A stretch of DNA of 64,000 bases from Candidatus Saccharimonadota bacterium (GTDB lineage: Bacteria > Patescibacteriota > Saccharimonadia > Saccharimonadales > UBA4665), in NCBI GenBank assembly GCA_029288365.1, contig JARIHI010000007.1, positions 38,464 through 102,463 of the forward strand, given 5' to 3'. The translations under genes and the position numbers were made by a program. The notes below the pieces were generated by a model, which did not search any database, was not told where the DNA came from, and saw only the letters and a list, made by a program, of their open reading frames with translations. Positions 55,369-64,000 of this stretch are shown here, piece by piece; within the stretch, counting starts at the first letter, position 1, and each line of letters starts with the position of its first letter.

Positions 55369-56241
55369 CTAATTTGGAGCAGGTTGGCAATACGGACAAA
55401 TATGTGTCCCACGCCCGGCCACCCGTGTCTTTTCTATAACTGTGCCACAACGCGAGCACGGCTTGCCTTCACGACGAAATACTTGAGCAAAGCTAATGTA
55501 GCTGCCCTTTTTACCCTCAGCATTAACGTAATTACGATCAGTGGAGCCGCCTTTTTCGATAGATAGTTTTAACACCGAGATAAGTTCATCGTACAGCGCA
55601 GCAATTTGTGTTTTTGACAGATTTTTCACAAGTGTAGCCGGGTGAGTCTTAGCTCCCCACAACCCCTCATCTGCATAAATATTACCGATACCTGCTAATA
55701 CCGATTGATCAAGTAGCGCAGCCTTAATGTTGCTGTTTTTGCGCCGCTGTAAACGCTCATACAGTAAGTCTGGAGTAAAAGAAGAGTCAAGTGGCTCTGG
55801 CCCAACCTTTTTAAAAAAATCAATATTCGGCACTTCCGTGGTCGGAAATACCCGTACCCAACCAAACTTTCGCTGGTCATTAAAAAATAGCTTGCTGCCA
55901 TCCTCAAAGCTGATAGTCACATGGGTAGTCTTATCTGGTAATTTTCCAACCAAGCTATTGTTCGGATGCCCCGCCCCAAAATTTTGTTCACCTCGAAAGA
56001 CTAGCTGACCAGTCATTTTCAAATGAATAACTAACGAGTATTTGCTAGAGAGTTCAATCAGCAAAACTTTGGCTCGTCGAGCCACTAACACCACTTTTGC
56101 GCCAACAACAAACTGAGCAACATCTTCTGGTGTATTCGGAAAGCTTTTCGGGTTATCAAATTCCACTTGTTTAATTACCCTTCCGGGCAACAGCTTACTT
56201 AACCCAATCCGCACTGTCTCAACTTCAGGCAATTCTGGCAT
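55369..56241 (-). CDS. mutM: Formamidopyrimidine-DNA glycosylase
   Basis: The N-terminus is MPELPEVETV and the C-terminal zinc finger is CSRCGTVIEKTRVAGRGTHICPYCQ. Confidence 0.9.
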   Translation of the reverse strand: MPELPEVETVRIGLSKLLPGRVIKQVEFDNPKSFPNTPEDVAQFVVGAKVVLVARRAKVLLIELSSKYSLVIHLKMTGQLVFRGEQNFGAGHPNNSLVGKLPDKTTHVTISFEDGSKLFFNDQRKFGWVRVFPTTEVPNIDFFKKVGPEPLDSSFTPDLLYERLQRRKNSNIKAALLDQSVLAGIGNIYADEGLWGAKTHPATLVKNLSKTQIAALYDELISVLKLSIEKGGSTDRNYVNAEGKKGSYISFAQVFRREGKPCSRCGTVIEKTRVAGRGTHICPYCQPAPN

Positions 56242-56274
56242 AACTCTTTTTATTGTAGGCTATAATTTAGAATA

Positions 56275-56511
56275 ATGGATGACTTAGGAAGTATACTCGC
56301 CCGTAAAGATTTCGACGAACCAGGGGAAGTTAGTAGTATCAAGCGTTACGTACAAGAGCATTTTAATGTGAGTGTTGGGGTAAAAGTCCAGCCAAATAGT
56401 ATTGTTATTATCGCCCGTAGCGCACCGCTTGCCAGCCGCCTGCGCATGCATACTGTGGCGCTACAGCGTGCATGTCAAACAGACAAACGTTTGATTTTTA
56501 GGATAGGCTAG
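56275..56511 (+). CDS. Small protein, possibly DUF721/DciA-like
   Basis: 78 aa. The pattern VIIARSAPLASRLRMHTVALQRAC resembles the DUF721 core. The call is weak and made by eye. Confidence 0.35.
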   Translation: MDDLGSILARKDFDEPGEVSSIKRYVQEHFNVSVGVKVQPNSIVIIARSAPLASRLRMHTVALQRACQTDKRLIFRIG

Positions 56512-57071
56512 AGGTCCAGATTAGTAGTAAGTTCACTATAACCAGGTATTTGTGCTTGGAACAGCTGGATAATATCTTCTGTCTGGCCACGAAAGGTGCC
56601 CTCTCTATCACCGCAAGAAGTTGCCCAAAATTGCTGCTTAACTTTAGTGCCGTCTATTATTTGAAATATATACCTGTTTCCAAACGGACAGTGGCCTCGA
56701 TAGTCTGCACGTTCTTCGCTTGTGTCACCATTTGTATAGCCCAGTAGATCAATCGCCCTTAAAAAATTACCATACGAAGAAGAATTACTATCAAACTGCT
56801 CTTCGTGAGTGACTTCGCCCTGATACCCTCTAACAAGCTGGATTTCATTATCATCTTTCCCAACTTCAATATAAACTTGGTGATGGTCTTGATTGGCAGT
56901 AATCGGACCCTGGGCAACCATACGCATAATAACGTTGGTGTGCGCATAGTCTGCTAAATTCACTTTACTCTCAGGAGAATTATTATTCCCACCAAAAATA
57001 ATTTTCAACAATAAAATGATGAATAAAATAATCAGCCCGATGGCTATCAAAAAACTAACTATGTAACGCAT
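56508..57071 (-). CDS. Hypothetical membrane-anchored protein
   Basis: 187 aa with an N-terminal TM helix (YIVSFLIAIGLIILFIILLLKIIF). Confidence 0.55.
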   Translation of the reverse strand: MRYIVSFLIAIGLIILFIILLLKIIFGGNNNSPESKVNLADYAHTNVIMRMVAQGPITANQDHHQVYIEVGKDDNEIQLVRGYQGEVTHEEQFDSNSSSYGNFLRAIDLLGYTNGDTSEERADYRGHCPFGNRYIFQIIDGTKVKQQFWATSCGDREGTFRGQTEDIIQLFQAQIPGYSELTTNLDL

Positions 57072-57126
57072 AAAGTTTCTATTTACTCTAGTATGATACC
57101 ATATGTTGTATAAAATTGCAAAATAC

Positions 57127-57729
57127 TTACTGGTCTGCTAACAGCTTTGAGAGCTCGCTACGAAACTGATCAAATTCTGTGTATAAAATTGCCTGCATGC
57201 CTGCATGTATTGCGCCTGCACAGTGCCGAGGTTGGTCATCAACCATTACGCACTGCTTTGGTGTTACGCCTAATCGCTCAGCGATCAACTCATATGGCCG
57301 TAGGGCTGGCTTCACAGCCTCAGCTTCATAAGACAGCACGCTAGCATCAAGCAACGCAGCCTGTCCAGGCGTAAAGAGTAAGTCAAGTACATTATAGCTG
57401 GCATTACTAAGCAACCCAATCTTGTACTGTGGCTTTAATTCAGACTGTATATACGCAAACAATATTTCGTTAGGAACCTGACGCTCGACGGCTTTTCTTA
57501 CAATAGACTCATCCACGCCAACTACCTTTGCTGTTTCGTGAATCATGTCTGCAAAACTTCGTTTACCGCTATCGACTTCCCTGCCGAGGAGCTGCACTGC
57601 TAAAGCTATTTCTGGTTTGCCTTGTATGTATTTGCGCTTAAACGGCGTCCATCCATCTTCTGCCAACACACCAAAACAATCAAAAACTATAGCTTTAATC
57701 ACTTCTATATTGTACGTAAGTTGCCACAT
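57127..57729 (-). CDS. HAD-superfamily hydrolase
   Basis: Motif I is VFDCFGVL, motif II is LLSNAS, and motif IV is VMVDDQ. Confidence 0.7.
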   Translation of the reverse strand: MWQLTYNIEVIKAIVFDCFGVLAEDGWTPFKRKYIQGKPEIALAVQLLGREVDSGKRSFADMIHETAKVVGVDESIVRKAVERQVPNEILFAYIQSELKPQYKIGLLSNASYNVLDLLFTPGQAALLDASVLSYEAEAVKPALRPYELIAERLGVTPKQCVMVDDQPRHCAGAIHAGMQAILYTEFDQFRSELSKLLADQ

Positions 57730-57777
57730 ACATAAAACTGCTTATATTTAAGGGTGGACGCGGTATAATACATCCTG

Positions 57778-58227
57778 ATGACATTACGCTATCAAACTGC
57801 TACCGCCACTTTTATACAGCTTGCCGTTATGACTTTGCTTGTAATAATTGGTGGCATTAAAGATGTGGCCTCACATTGCGAAAACAGCAGCGAGTGCGTC
57901 ACCAACTCGTTCCTCTGGATAATTATCGCTTTTATGTTGGCTGGTTGGTACGCTGTGCTGTTTGGCATTGGTTATTATGCCCAGGAAAAACGTAACTATA
58001 AATTTGCCCGTCTGCTTATTGCCGGAGAACTATTCACGGCGTTTATTGCCTTGATGCTTTTTAAGAATCCCTCAAGTTTTTACAGTGGAATGGCAGCTCT
58101 TGTTAGTTTACTTTTTGCAGTATGGATCATAATTCTTGCTTATCGAATCTACAAAGCCCGTGGCAGTCGCATCACAACGGCAACGAAATCCTCAAAACGT
58201 CCTCGCCGCCGTTTATCAGACCGTTAA
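57778..58227 (+). CDS. Hypothetical four-TM membrane protein
   Basis: 149 aa with four hydrophobic helices and a basic C-terminal tail. Confidence 0.55.
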   Translation: MTLRYQTATATFIQLAVMTLLVIIGGIKDVASHCENSSECVTNSFLWIIIAFMLAGWYAVLFGIGYYAQEKRNYKFARLLIAGELFTAFIALMLFKNPSSFYSGMAALVSLLFAVWIIILAYRIYKARGSRITTATKSSKRPRRRLSDR

Positions 58228-58715
58228 CGGCCTAAGGCTTTGTCAATAATATCTAAACCACTTGATTTAATGGCGGTGGTATTTTGTAGCGCTTCAGCTA
58301 CTTCTTCGATAGTGCCACATACAACATCGCAGGTCGCAAATACAAATGGGTCTTGGTAATTATCAATTATTTTTCCGAACATTTCCCTTGTAGCTCCGTT
58401 AAACTTCCCGCCTTTAGGCGCAAAACCAATGACAGGTTTACGAAGATAGCGAGCTATCATAATTTCTTGTGAACCGCCGACACTTATATCATCAGATAAA
58501 TAAACTACTAAAACTTCTGCTTTAGCAATAAGTTGACAGTCTTTTTCGAAAATCGCCATTGGCGAAACTGTGCCAACCTCATATTTAAGAGGGTCTATAC
58601 TTTGTAAGGTTACCCCCTCCAGATTTTTCTGTAGCTTGGCACAAAAATCGTCACGCCAGTGATGCGTTTTAAAGACAGACTCTTTTGATACTTTTCCGGC
58701 AATGTATATCTTCAT
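58224..58715 (-). CDS. Nucleoside 2-deoxyribosyltransferase-like protein
   Basis: MKIYIAGKV... and AEVLVVYLSDDISVGGSQEIMIARYLRKPVIGF fit the NDT/Rcl fold pattern. Confidence 0.5.
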   Translation of the reverse strand: MKIYIAGKVSKESVFKTHHWRDDFCAKLQKNLEGVTLQSIDPLKYEVGTVSPMAIFEKDCQLIAKAEVLVVYLSDDISVGGSQEIMIARYLRKPVIGFAPKGGKFNGATREMFGKIIDNYQDPFVFATCDVVCGTIEEVAEALQNTTAIKSSGLDIIDKALGR

Positions 58716-58774
58716 GTACCAACCCAATGTTTAGTTATGGACGTATTTTAACATTGAAAATCTGGGCTGTATAT

Positions 58775-59083
58775 TTAGTGATCAGAAAGTCTGTGGCCAG
58801 GAATACTATTTACCAACATCCACGGTGCTAGACGATCATAAGGACCTATTGTATCCCGAGGAAATTCTTCAGGCAGATACGTATAGTCTGCGATAAATAA
58901 TTTACCAACAGCCGAACCACCTATGCAGCGATAGGTAAGTTGCTTCACTTCACTTAAGTACACGACTGTTTCGTACGAAACAGTCACGCTTGATGAGCAC
59001 GTTCCCAAATCTTTTTTCTCATACTCTCCTCCTTTTCTATTTATAGTTTTGAATCCTGCGAATGAAAGAAACACGGATAGCAC
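58775..59083 (-). CDS. Hypothetical ORF; the start is uncertain and a frameshift at an A6 tract is possible
   Basis: The longest ORF starts at a GTG (59083) with no SD. A strong SD plus ATG at 59022 is out of frame by one base across the A6 run (59012-59017). Confidence 0.3.
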   Translation of the reverse strand: MLSVFLSFAGFKTINRKGGEYEKKDLGTCSSSVTVSYETVVYLSEVKQLTYRCIGGSAVGKLFIADYTYLPEEFPRDTIGPYDRLAPWMLVNSIPGHRLSDH

Positions 59084-59154
59084 ACAAAGAAAAAGTATAC
59101 CCGCCCCTTTGCGGCTACTCTGTAAGGTTTTTGATAAGGCTATTGTGAAGTTAG

Positions 59155-59550
59155 TTACTTGACTTCGGGGAAACGTTCAGGCTGTGAGGCGTAATATGCT
59201 GCCCATTTATTATCTGCTGGCAAGCTGACTGTCTCTATAAAATCACCGTTCTTGAAGCCACCGTTTTTATTCCGCTTTTCTCGCTGAATTTTAGCAAATA
59301 CTTCGGGCGTAATTTTCATGTTGCGGCACAGCTGGTCAATGATTTCTTTCAAATCTGCCAGCTCTTCAACTGATAATTCAGCGTTTTGTAGCTCAGTTGC
59401 TTCCTCTATAAGTTTTGTGACGAGGGCTTTGTTAAAGTCTGTCCCTGCCAGCTTGGTGGCTTCTACTTCACCCCCTTGATCTACTGTGAACTGGATAACT
59501 TTATCCCTCACTAATTTATGAAGCCGAAATGTCCGCATAGCACCATCCAT
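59155..59550 (-). CDS. MazG-like NTP pyrophosphohydrolase (house-cleaning type)
   Basis: HKLVRDKVIQF... and KLIEEATELQNAELSVEELADLKEIIDQL fit the all-alpha MazG/PRA-PH pattern. The stop and start overlap with polA. Confidence 0.55.
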   Translation of the reverse strand: MDGAMRTFRLHKLVRDKVIQFTVDQGGEVEATKLAGTDFNKALVTKLIEEATELQNAELSVEELADLKEIIDQLCRNMKITPEVFAKIQREKRNKNGGFKNGDFIETVSLPADNKWAAYYASQPERFPEVK

Positions 59551-62240
59551 TAAAGTTCACCCCAGTTTTTTCCGGTAGTTGTATCAACGTCTAGCTTCAC
59601 AGGAAGTTTTGGATAAATATTTTCCATAGTACTTTTAAGCAACTCTGCTACTCCCTTGGCATCTGCAGCATCTACTTCAACCAAAATTGAGTCGTGTATT
59701 TGCAGTAGCATATCTGCTGTTGGGTAAGCCTTTTGCAACTTTTTATCGATTTCTATCATGGCCAATTTCATGAGATCGGCTTCGGTGCCCTGGATCGGCA
59801 TATTTATAGCTGCCCTTTCAGCTGCTTGCCGCACCATAAAGTTACTCGAATGAATATCCGGCATTGGCCGACGGCGCCCAAAAATAGTTTCTACATAACC
59901 TTCTTTGCGCGCGAATTCTTTGATACGGTCAATGTAATCAAACAAAGGCTTTCTAAGCTCTTTATACCGTTCAATAAAGTGTATAGCTTGTTCGTACGTC
60001 ATGCCAGCCGCCACCGCTAAGCCGTGTGGACTCATGCCATATAAAATACCGAAGTTGATCACTTTGGCTGCACGGCGCATATTTTTTGTTACATCTTCTA
60101 ACTCGCGGCCATATACTTGGGCAGCCGTGGCTGTATGAATATCCGCGCCATTGTTAAACATTTCAACTAATTCTTTGTCGCCTGCCATAACCGCCGCCAA
60201 ACGCAGTTCAAACTGGCTATAGTCAGCACTAACGAATGTTTTGCCTTTATCAGCCACAAAGGCCGTGCGAATATGTCGTCCTAGCTCAGTCCTGGTTGGA
60301 ATGTTCTGTAAGTTGGGGTCATTCGAACTCAAGCGGCCAGTTTGGGCAATTGTCAAGCGAAACGTTGTGTGTACTCGCGAATTTTCATCGACTTGCTTAG
60401 GCAAAGTATCGACGTAGGTATTTTTGAGCTTTGTCACTTCGCGATATTGCGTAATAAGATCGATAATTGGATGTTTATCGCGCAGTTTATCTAGTTCACT
60501 TGCTGCTGTAGAATAGCCGGTTTTGCCTTTTTTGATACCTTGTTTTGGCAAATCAAGCTTCGTGAATAATATGTCTGCCAGTTGCCCCGGGCTAGCTATA
60601 TTAAATTCTTGATCGGCGTAGCCATAAATTTGTTGCTCAAGGTCAGAAATAGCATCATTAATCTCTACTGAAAACTTTGCTAAATACTTCGTGTCAAGCC
60701 GAATACCTTCGTACTCCATGCGTGCTAGTACCGGAATAACCGGCCACTCGATAGTTTGCAGGAGCTCTGGCAATTTTGAAATAGACGCCAATTCATTCGT
60801 TTGCTGGTCGTATAAATCACGCAATATCGCTATGATTTCCGGGGCGCGTTGTATATATTCTTCGTCCGTTAGCTCTTCAAAAGGCGAGCCGTCGTAACCT
60901 AGGTTACTACTGGCAAGCTCTGTTAATGTTTGTTCACGGTTGAGCGGGTTTAATACAAATGCGCCAATTAATACATCATGACCTACCGCTGGCAAAGTTT
61001 CTACGCCTAGGTCAATTAGCACCTTCAAAGTAGTCTTTATGTCGTAGCCCGCTAAAGAATGAGCGTTTTGTATCAGAGCAACTACAGCCGACTGTGTAAC
61101 TTTAGTTAGGTCTATGGTATACACCTGTTTAGCTTCCGTGCTCAGCACTAAATACTTTGGGCTGCGACCATGTTTGCCCGCCGAACGTGAGTGTACAAAC
61201 ACCGGCTTTGATTTTCCTAGTTGCAGTTCTTTCAAAGCTTTTTCGGTAGCAATAATCGCATTTTTACCAGTCCGTAAGCTACACGCCCCATGATCATTGG
61301 CTCCGTGCTCCTCGGCAATTTGCATGACTTCTGGCAGTTGTCGCACCAGGCTTCGAAACTCCAGTTTTTGCAGGATGTCACGAATTTTTTCAGGGTTTAC
61401 TTTGCTACCATCAACCTCTTTAAGATTTAGTTTGATGGGCGCGTCAGTCCATATAGCTGCTAGTTTTTTGCTCAAGTACGCTGAATCTCTACCGGCTTCT
61501 AGTTTCTTGCGTGTACTTTCTTTGACTAAGACTAAATTATCGTACACGCCATCCAATGTTTTATATTCTTGCAATAGCTGGGTGGCTGTCTTTTCGCCAA
61601 TACCCGGCACACCTGGAATATTATCCGATGAATCACCTTTTAGTGACTTCAGGTCCAGAAATTGATGCACGTCTATGCCATATTTCGCCTGAAAACTATC
61701 CGGTGAGTACAATTCTATATTACTCAGGCCTTTTTTGAGTGCAAAGACTTTCGTATGACCATTTACTACCTGAAGCAAGTCCATATCAGAAGTCACAAGT
61801 AGCGTATCAATACCCTGTTTGTCAGCCTCTATAGCAAGTGTGCCCATGATATCATCAGCTTCGTAGTCATCGAGCTCATACAGTGGCCACCCAAAAGCTT
61901 CTAGCAGTTCATGAAGTACAGGCACTTGTTCGTAAAAATCCGCTGGTGCCGGCTTACGCCCCGCTTTATATGCTGGGTATAGCTCCAGGCGCTTCCGGAT
62001 ATTAGTTTTTGGTTTGTCCCATGCCACCGCTACATAATCCGGCTGTAATTTACGGATAACTTCAAGAGCCATGGTCGCAAAGCCAAATACACCGCCAGTG
62101 GGTGTACCATCTTTTGTACTCAAATTTGGCATCGCGTAGTAGCCCCGATAAAATACTGACTTTCCGTCAATGACTACGAGCTTCTTCCGCTTCATTTGCT
62201 CCGCCTCTGCCATATGTTTTAGTATACGCCAAAGTTTCAC
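59550..62240 (-). CDS. polA: DNA polymerase I
   Basis: 5' nuclease domain (LVVIDGKSVFYRGYYA), a 3'-5' exonuclease-like middle, and polymerase motifs DYSQFELRLAA and QIHDSILVE. The true start is probably an internal Met (62213 or 62195). Confidence 0.9.
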   Translation of the reverse strand: MKLWRILKHMAEAEQMKRKKLVVIDGKSVFYRGYYAMPNLSTKDGTPTGGVFGFATMALEVIRKLQPDYVAVAWDKPKTNIRKRLELYPAYKAGRKPAPADFYEQVPVLHELLEAFGWPLYELDDYEADDIMGTLAIEADKQGIDTLLVTSDMDLLQVVNGHTKVFALKKGLSNIELYSPDSFQAKYGIDVHQFLDLKSLKGDSSDNIPGVPGIGEKTATQLLQEYKTLDGVYDNLVLVKESTRKKLEAGRDSAYLSKKLAAIWTDAPIKLNLKEVDGSKVNPEKIRDILQKLEFRSLVRQLPEVMQIAEEHGANDHGACSLRTGKNAIIATEKALKELQLGKSKPVFVHSRSAGKHGRSPKYLVLSTEAKQVYTIDLTKVTQSAVVALIQNAHSLAGYDIKTTLKVLIDLGVETLPAVGHDVLIGAFVLNPLNREQTLTELASSNLGYDGSPFEELTDEEYIQRAPEIIAILRDLYDQQTNELASISKLPELLQTIEWPVIPVLARMEYEGIRLDTKYLAKFSVEINDAISDLEQQIYGYADQEFNIASPGQLADILFTKLDLPKQGIKKGKTGYSTAASELDKLRDKHPIIDLITQYREVTKLKNTYVDTLPKQVDENSRVHTTFRLTIAQTGRLSSNDPNLQNIPTRTELGRHIRTAFVADKGKTFVSADYSQFELRLAAVMAGDKELVEMFNNGADIHTATAAQVYGRELEDVTKNMRRAAKVINFGILYGMSPHGLAVAAGMTYEQAIHFIERYKELRKPLFDYIDRIKEFARKEGYVETIFGRRRPMPDIHSSNFMVRQAAERAAINMPIQGTEADLMKLAMIEIDKKLQKAYPTADMLLQIHDSILVEVDAADAKGVAELLKSTMENIYPKLPVKLDVDTTTGKNWGEL

Positions 62241-62278
62241 AGAAGCTTATTGGTTATGATTAAGTATATATTTAAGTC

Positions 62279-62301
62279 GTAGGTAGATTTGCCCTACCTA
62301 C
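62279..62301 (-). terminator. Hairpin immediately after the sigma/WhiB gene stop
   Basis: gtaggtag-atttgcc-ctacctac is an 8-bp perfect stem. The T-tract is weak. Confidence 0.35.
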
Positions 62302-63657
62302 TTAAGCTGCTTCAAGTTCGCGAAGTACCTTAGGACTTCCATCCGCGTGGTAACTTGTTGCATTACGAGCCATCCCTGCCCACATACCGGTTTTTGGTCG
62401 CTCTTCTATCACTACTGCTTCACATGCTTCAAGCAATGGGCATGCTGCACATATTTCTTTTATACGAACTTCTCTTGATTTCAAAACTTTCATAGGATTA
62501 TCTGCACATGGAACCCCTTGCCAGGGATTTTCCATGCCCATAACATCGTTTAAAATACTCTGAACTGCTGGATGTTTTAGGCCTGCCTTTACGCGAGTAA
62601 CCCGGCGTGCATCCGTTGCACTTAAAGGCTGCCCGTCACTCGCCATCCTAAAAGCCCAAATCTCAGCTGGCGCAAAAGCCCTGGTTAATGCATCGTATAC
62701 AGGCCCTAACTCTTCTTTCCTCTCTGTATCATCAACGAATATTTCCTCAAATGCTTTTTCTGCTCGAGGGTCGGCTACAACATGATGAAGTGCCATTCTC
62801 TCTGAGCTTCTCATCTTTGCATCAAGCGATTTTGTGTTACGGGTAATATAGGCTGCATCGTAATCTTCTCGCTGCCCAGGGGTTAGATTCAAGTCTTCTG
62901 CCACCCTTTCTTCTGACTCCCCTTTGTCTCTTTTTGTTTCGTAACTCCTAAACTTTCCTTTAACGTAAAAATTAATTGGTACCCCGATTTCACGGGCAGC
63001 TTGCTGCGCATAACGCTGCATCGATTGTCGAATCCACCAAACCGCATAGTTGGAGAACTTGAGTCCTCTTTCTGGGTCAAACTTCTTGACTGCCCGTTCT
63101 ACACCCTTCACACCAACATTGATAAAATCCATAACCCCTATTCTAGGGTACGTATCGTGATAGGCCCGCGCATATTTGATTGTAAGTAACTGATTACAAT
63201 CCCGCATAACCTCAAAAGCCCTTTGAGCTCCTGCGACAAGCTGTTGGTCAACTAAGCGTGTCTCATCTCTTTCATACTCATCAAGCTCAAGTCTTGCTAC
63301 TGCTGCTGTGCCTTTATGGATTAAGCGTCCAAGAATTATCTCTTCTTCAGGTAAGAGTAAGCCTTTCTGAGCAGCTTCTCTAATAAATGTTCTCACCCCT
63401 TCTGTGTCTGCCCCGTCAACCCATCTGGGCATTTTATTATAGGTTGGCTTATACACGGGCCGTATCCGAGTTAAGACAATTTCTTCCTCACTACTCAGCA
63501 AATAAAAAGAACGGGTACTGGCATGAGTCGGTTCGGCCTCCTCTAAAGCTTCTTCAATAGCCTCACCTTCAATACGTAACTCTTCAGGAAAGTCCGCCAA
63601 CGACTCTATTTCTTCAACTTCTGGCCTCGTATCAAGGCATGCTACCAACTCAGACAT
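62302..63657 (-). CDS. Sigma-70 family factor (regions 1.1/1.2/2 and an eroded region 4) fused to a C-terminal WhiB-like 4-Cys domain
   Basis: DFINVGVKGVERAVKKFDPERGLKFSNYAVWWIRQSM is sigma region 2. The N-terminus is acidic. The C-terminus is WQGVPC-x18-CAAC-PLLEA-C...GMWAGM (about 62305-62523). Start set at MSELVAC (63657). Confidence 0.8.
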   Translation of the reverse strand: MSELVACLDTRPEVEEIESLADFPEELRIEGEAIEEALEEAEPTHASTRSFYLLSSEEEIVLTRIRPVYKPTYNKMPRWVDGADTEGVRTFIREAAQKGLLLPEEEIILGRLIHKGTAAVARLELDEYERDETRLVDQQLVAGAQRAFEVMRDCNQLLTIKYARAYHDTYPRIGVMDFINVGVKGVERAVKKFDPERGLKFSNYAVWWIRQSMQRYAQQAAREIGVPINFYVKGKFRSYETKRDKGESEERVAEDLNLTPGQREDYDAAYITRNTKSLDAKMRSSERMALHHVVADPRAEKAFEEIFVDDTERKEELGPVYDALTRAFAPAEIWAFRMASDGQPLSATDARRVTRVKAGLKHPAVQSILNDVMGMENPWQGVPCADNPMKVLKSREVRIKEICAACPLLEACEAVVIEERPKTGMWAGMARNATSYHADGSPKVLRELEAA

Positions 63658-63734
63658 AATTATAGTTATATTATAACATCTTAACATATTAATTACAATA
63701 TATACCTCTGTTGATGCTATACTTGTAAATAACC

Positions 63735-64000
63735 ATGAGCGATACTCGACTCCCCAAGCGTATGAAGCAGGCTGAAATATTTTGGCAATCGCTGGATATA
63801 GCGGTAGTTTTGGCAGTAGTTTGTCTGATACTCGCACTATTCATCAACAATTTTATCAGTAGTATATTGCTCTGTACTTTGGCGCTTGTCAGCATAGTCG
63901 CTTACTTGATTATTGAACACAAACTTGAGTATGGACTGGTAAAGTCCCGTCGCATCACGCAAGAAGCTAGCCCAGCTATGGAAGAATCTCGGGCTAACTT
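63735..64000 (+). CDS. Partial membrane-protein ORF running off the window
   Basis: ATG at 63735, and the frame stays open to base 64000. It has two hydrophobic segments (IAVVLAVVCLILALFI, ILLCTLALVSIVAYLII). It is divergent from the sigma gene and has no clear SD. Confidence 0.4.
   Translation, partial: MSDTRLPKRMKQAEIFWQSLDIAVVLAVVCLILALFINNFISSILLCTLALVSIVAYLIIEHKLEYGLVKSRRITQEASPAMEESRAN

Noticed and set aside
55319-55459. N-terminal 47 codons of the longest Kelch ORF, overlapping the 3' end of mutM by 91 nt
   Set aside because: A long same-strand overlap with a conserved gene is implausible. The internal Met at 55318 (MTKIKRV, basic then TM) is a normal anchored-protein start.
63658-63837. 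60-codon N-terminal extension of the sigma/WhiB ORF
   Set aside because: The extension is AT-rich intergenic-looking sequence with an odd composition (..VYIVINMLRCYNITIIM..). The acidic region-1.1-like sequence begins right after the Met at 63657.
1-64000. Search for tRNA, rRNA, tmRNA or CRISPR arrays in the intergenic regions
   Set aside because: The spacers longer than 60 nt were read by eye (e.g. 17340-17529, 19232-19468, 19922-20135, 24349-24499, 28177-28267, 39594-39701, 45250-45392, 49410-49550). None shows a cloverleaf-like GTTCRANYC T-arm or repeat-spacer periodicity. This should be confirmed with tRNAscan or Infernal.

Overview
The window is a gene-dense, mostly minus-strand chromosomal segment. 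It has moderate-to-low GC and uses the standard genetic code. Content and layout fit a small-genome monoderm bacterium, possibly Saccharibacteria/CPR-like. That taxonomic call is inference only, because no search was run.

Bases 483-17339 hold a complete secretin-less type IV pilus locus. On the minus strand it reads: two unknown envelope genes, then pilM-N-O, a small gene, pilB-pilT-pilC-pilA-pilD, and four pseudopilin or PilX-like genes.

Bases 17530-25535 break the strand bias and look accessory. They carry a CHAP amidase with a lectin-like domain, a roughly 0.55 kb foreign GC-rich cassette encoding a 3-TM protein, an anchored SGNH hydrolase, unknown genes, and radC.

The remainder is mostly housekeeping:
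- Translation and RNA turnover: ychF, efp, the rpsF-ssb-rpsR operon, RNase J, pnp, rpsO, truB, rpsT.
- DNA replication and repair: ftsK, UDG, holA, mutM, polA.
- Other: an ABC exporter, tlyA, gdh.
- Interspersed with these are a GH-A-type glycosidase and a 1459-aa protein with 18 Kelch blades.

The two strongest leads are:
1. A primary-type sigma-70 factor with a WhiB-like four-cysteine domain fused to its C-terminus (62302-63657).
2. The GC-rich cassette (19434-20014), which has about 89% GC3, is bounded by a 10-bp inverted repeat, and sits behind a perfect consensus promoter.

I saw no rRNA, tRNA or CRISPR array. All family assignments rest on motifs read by eye; no HMM or BLAST was run.
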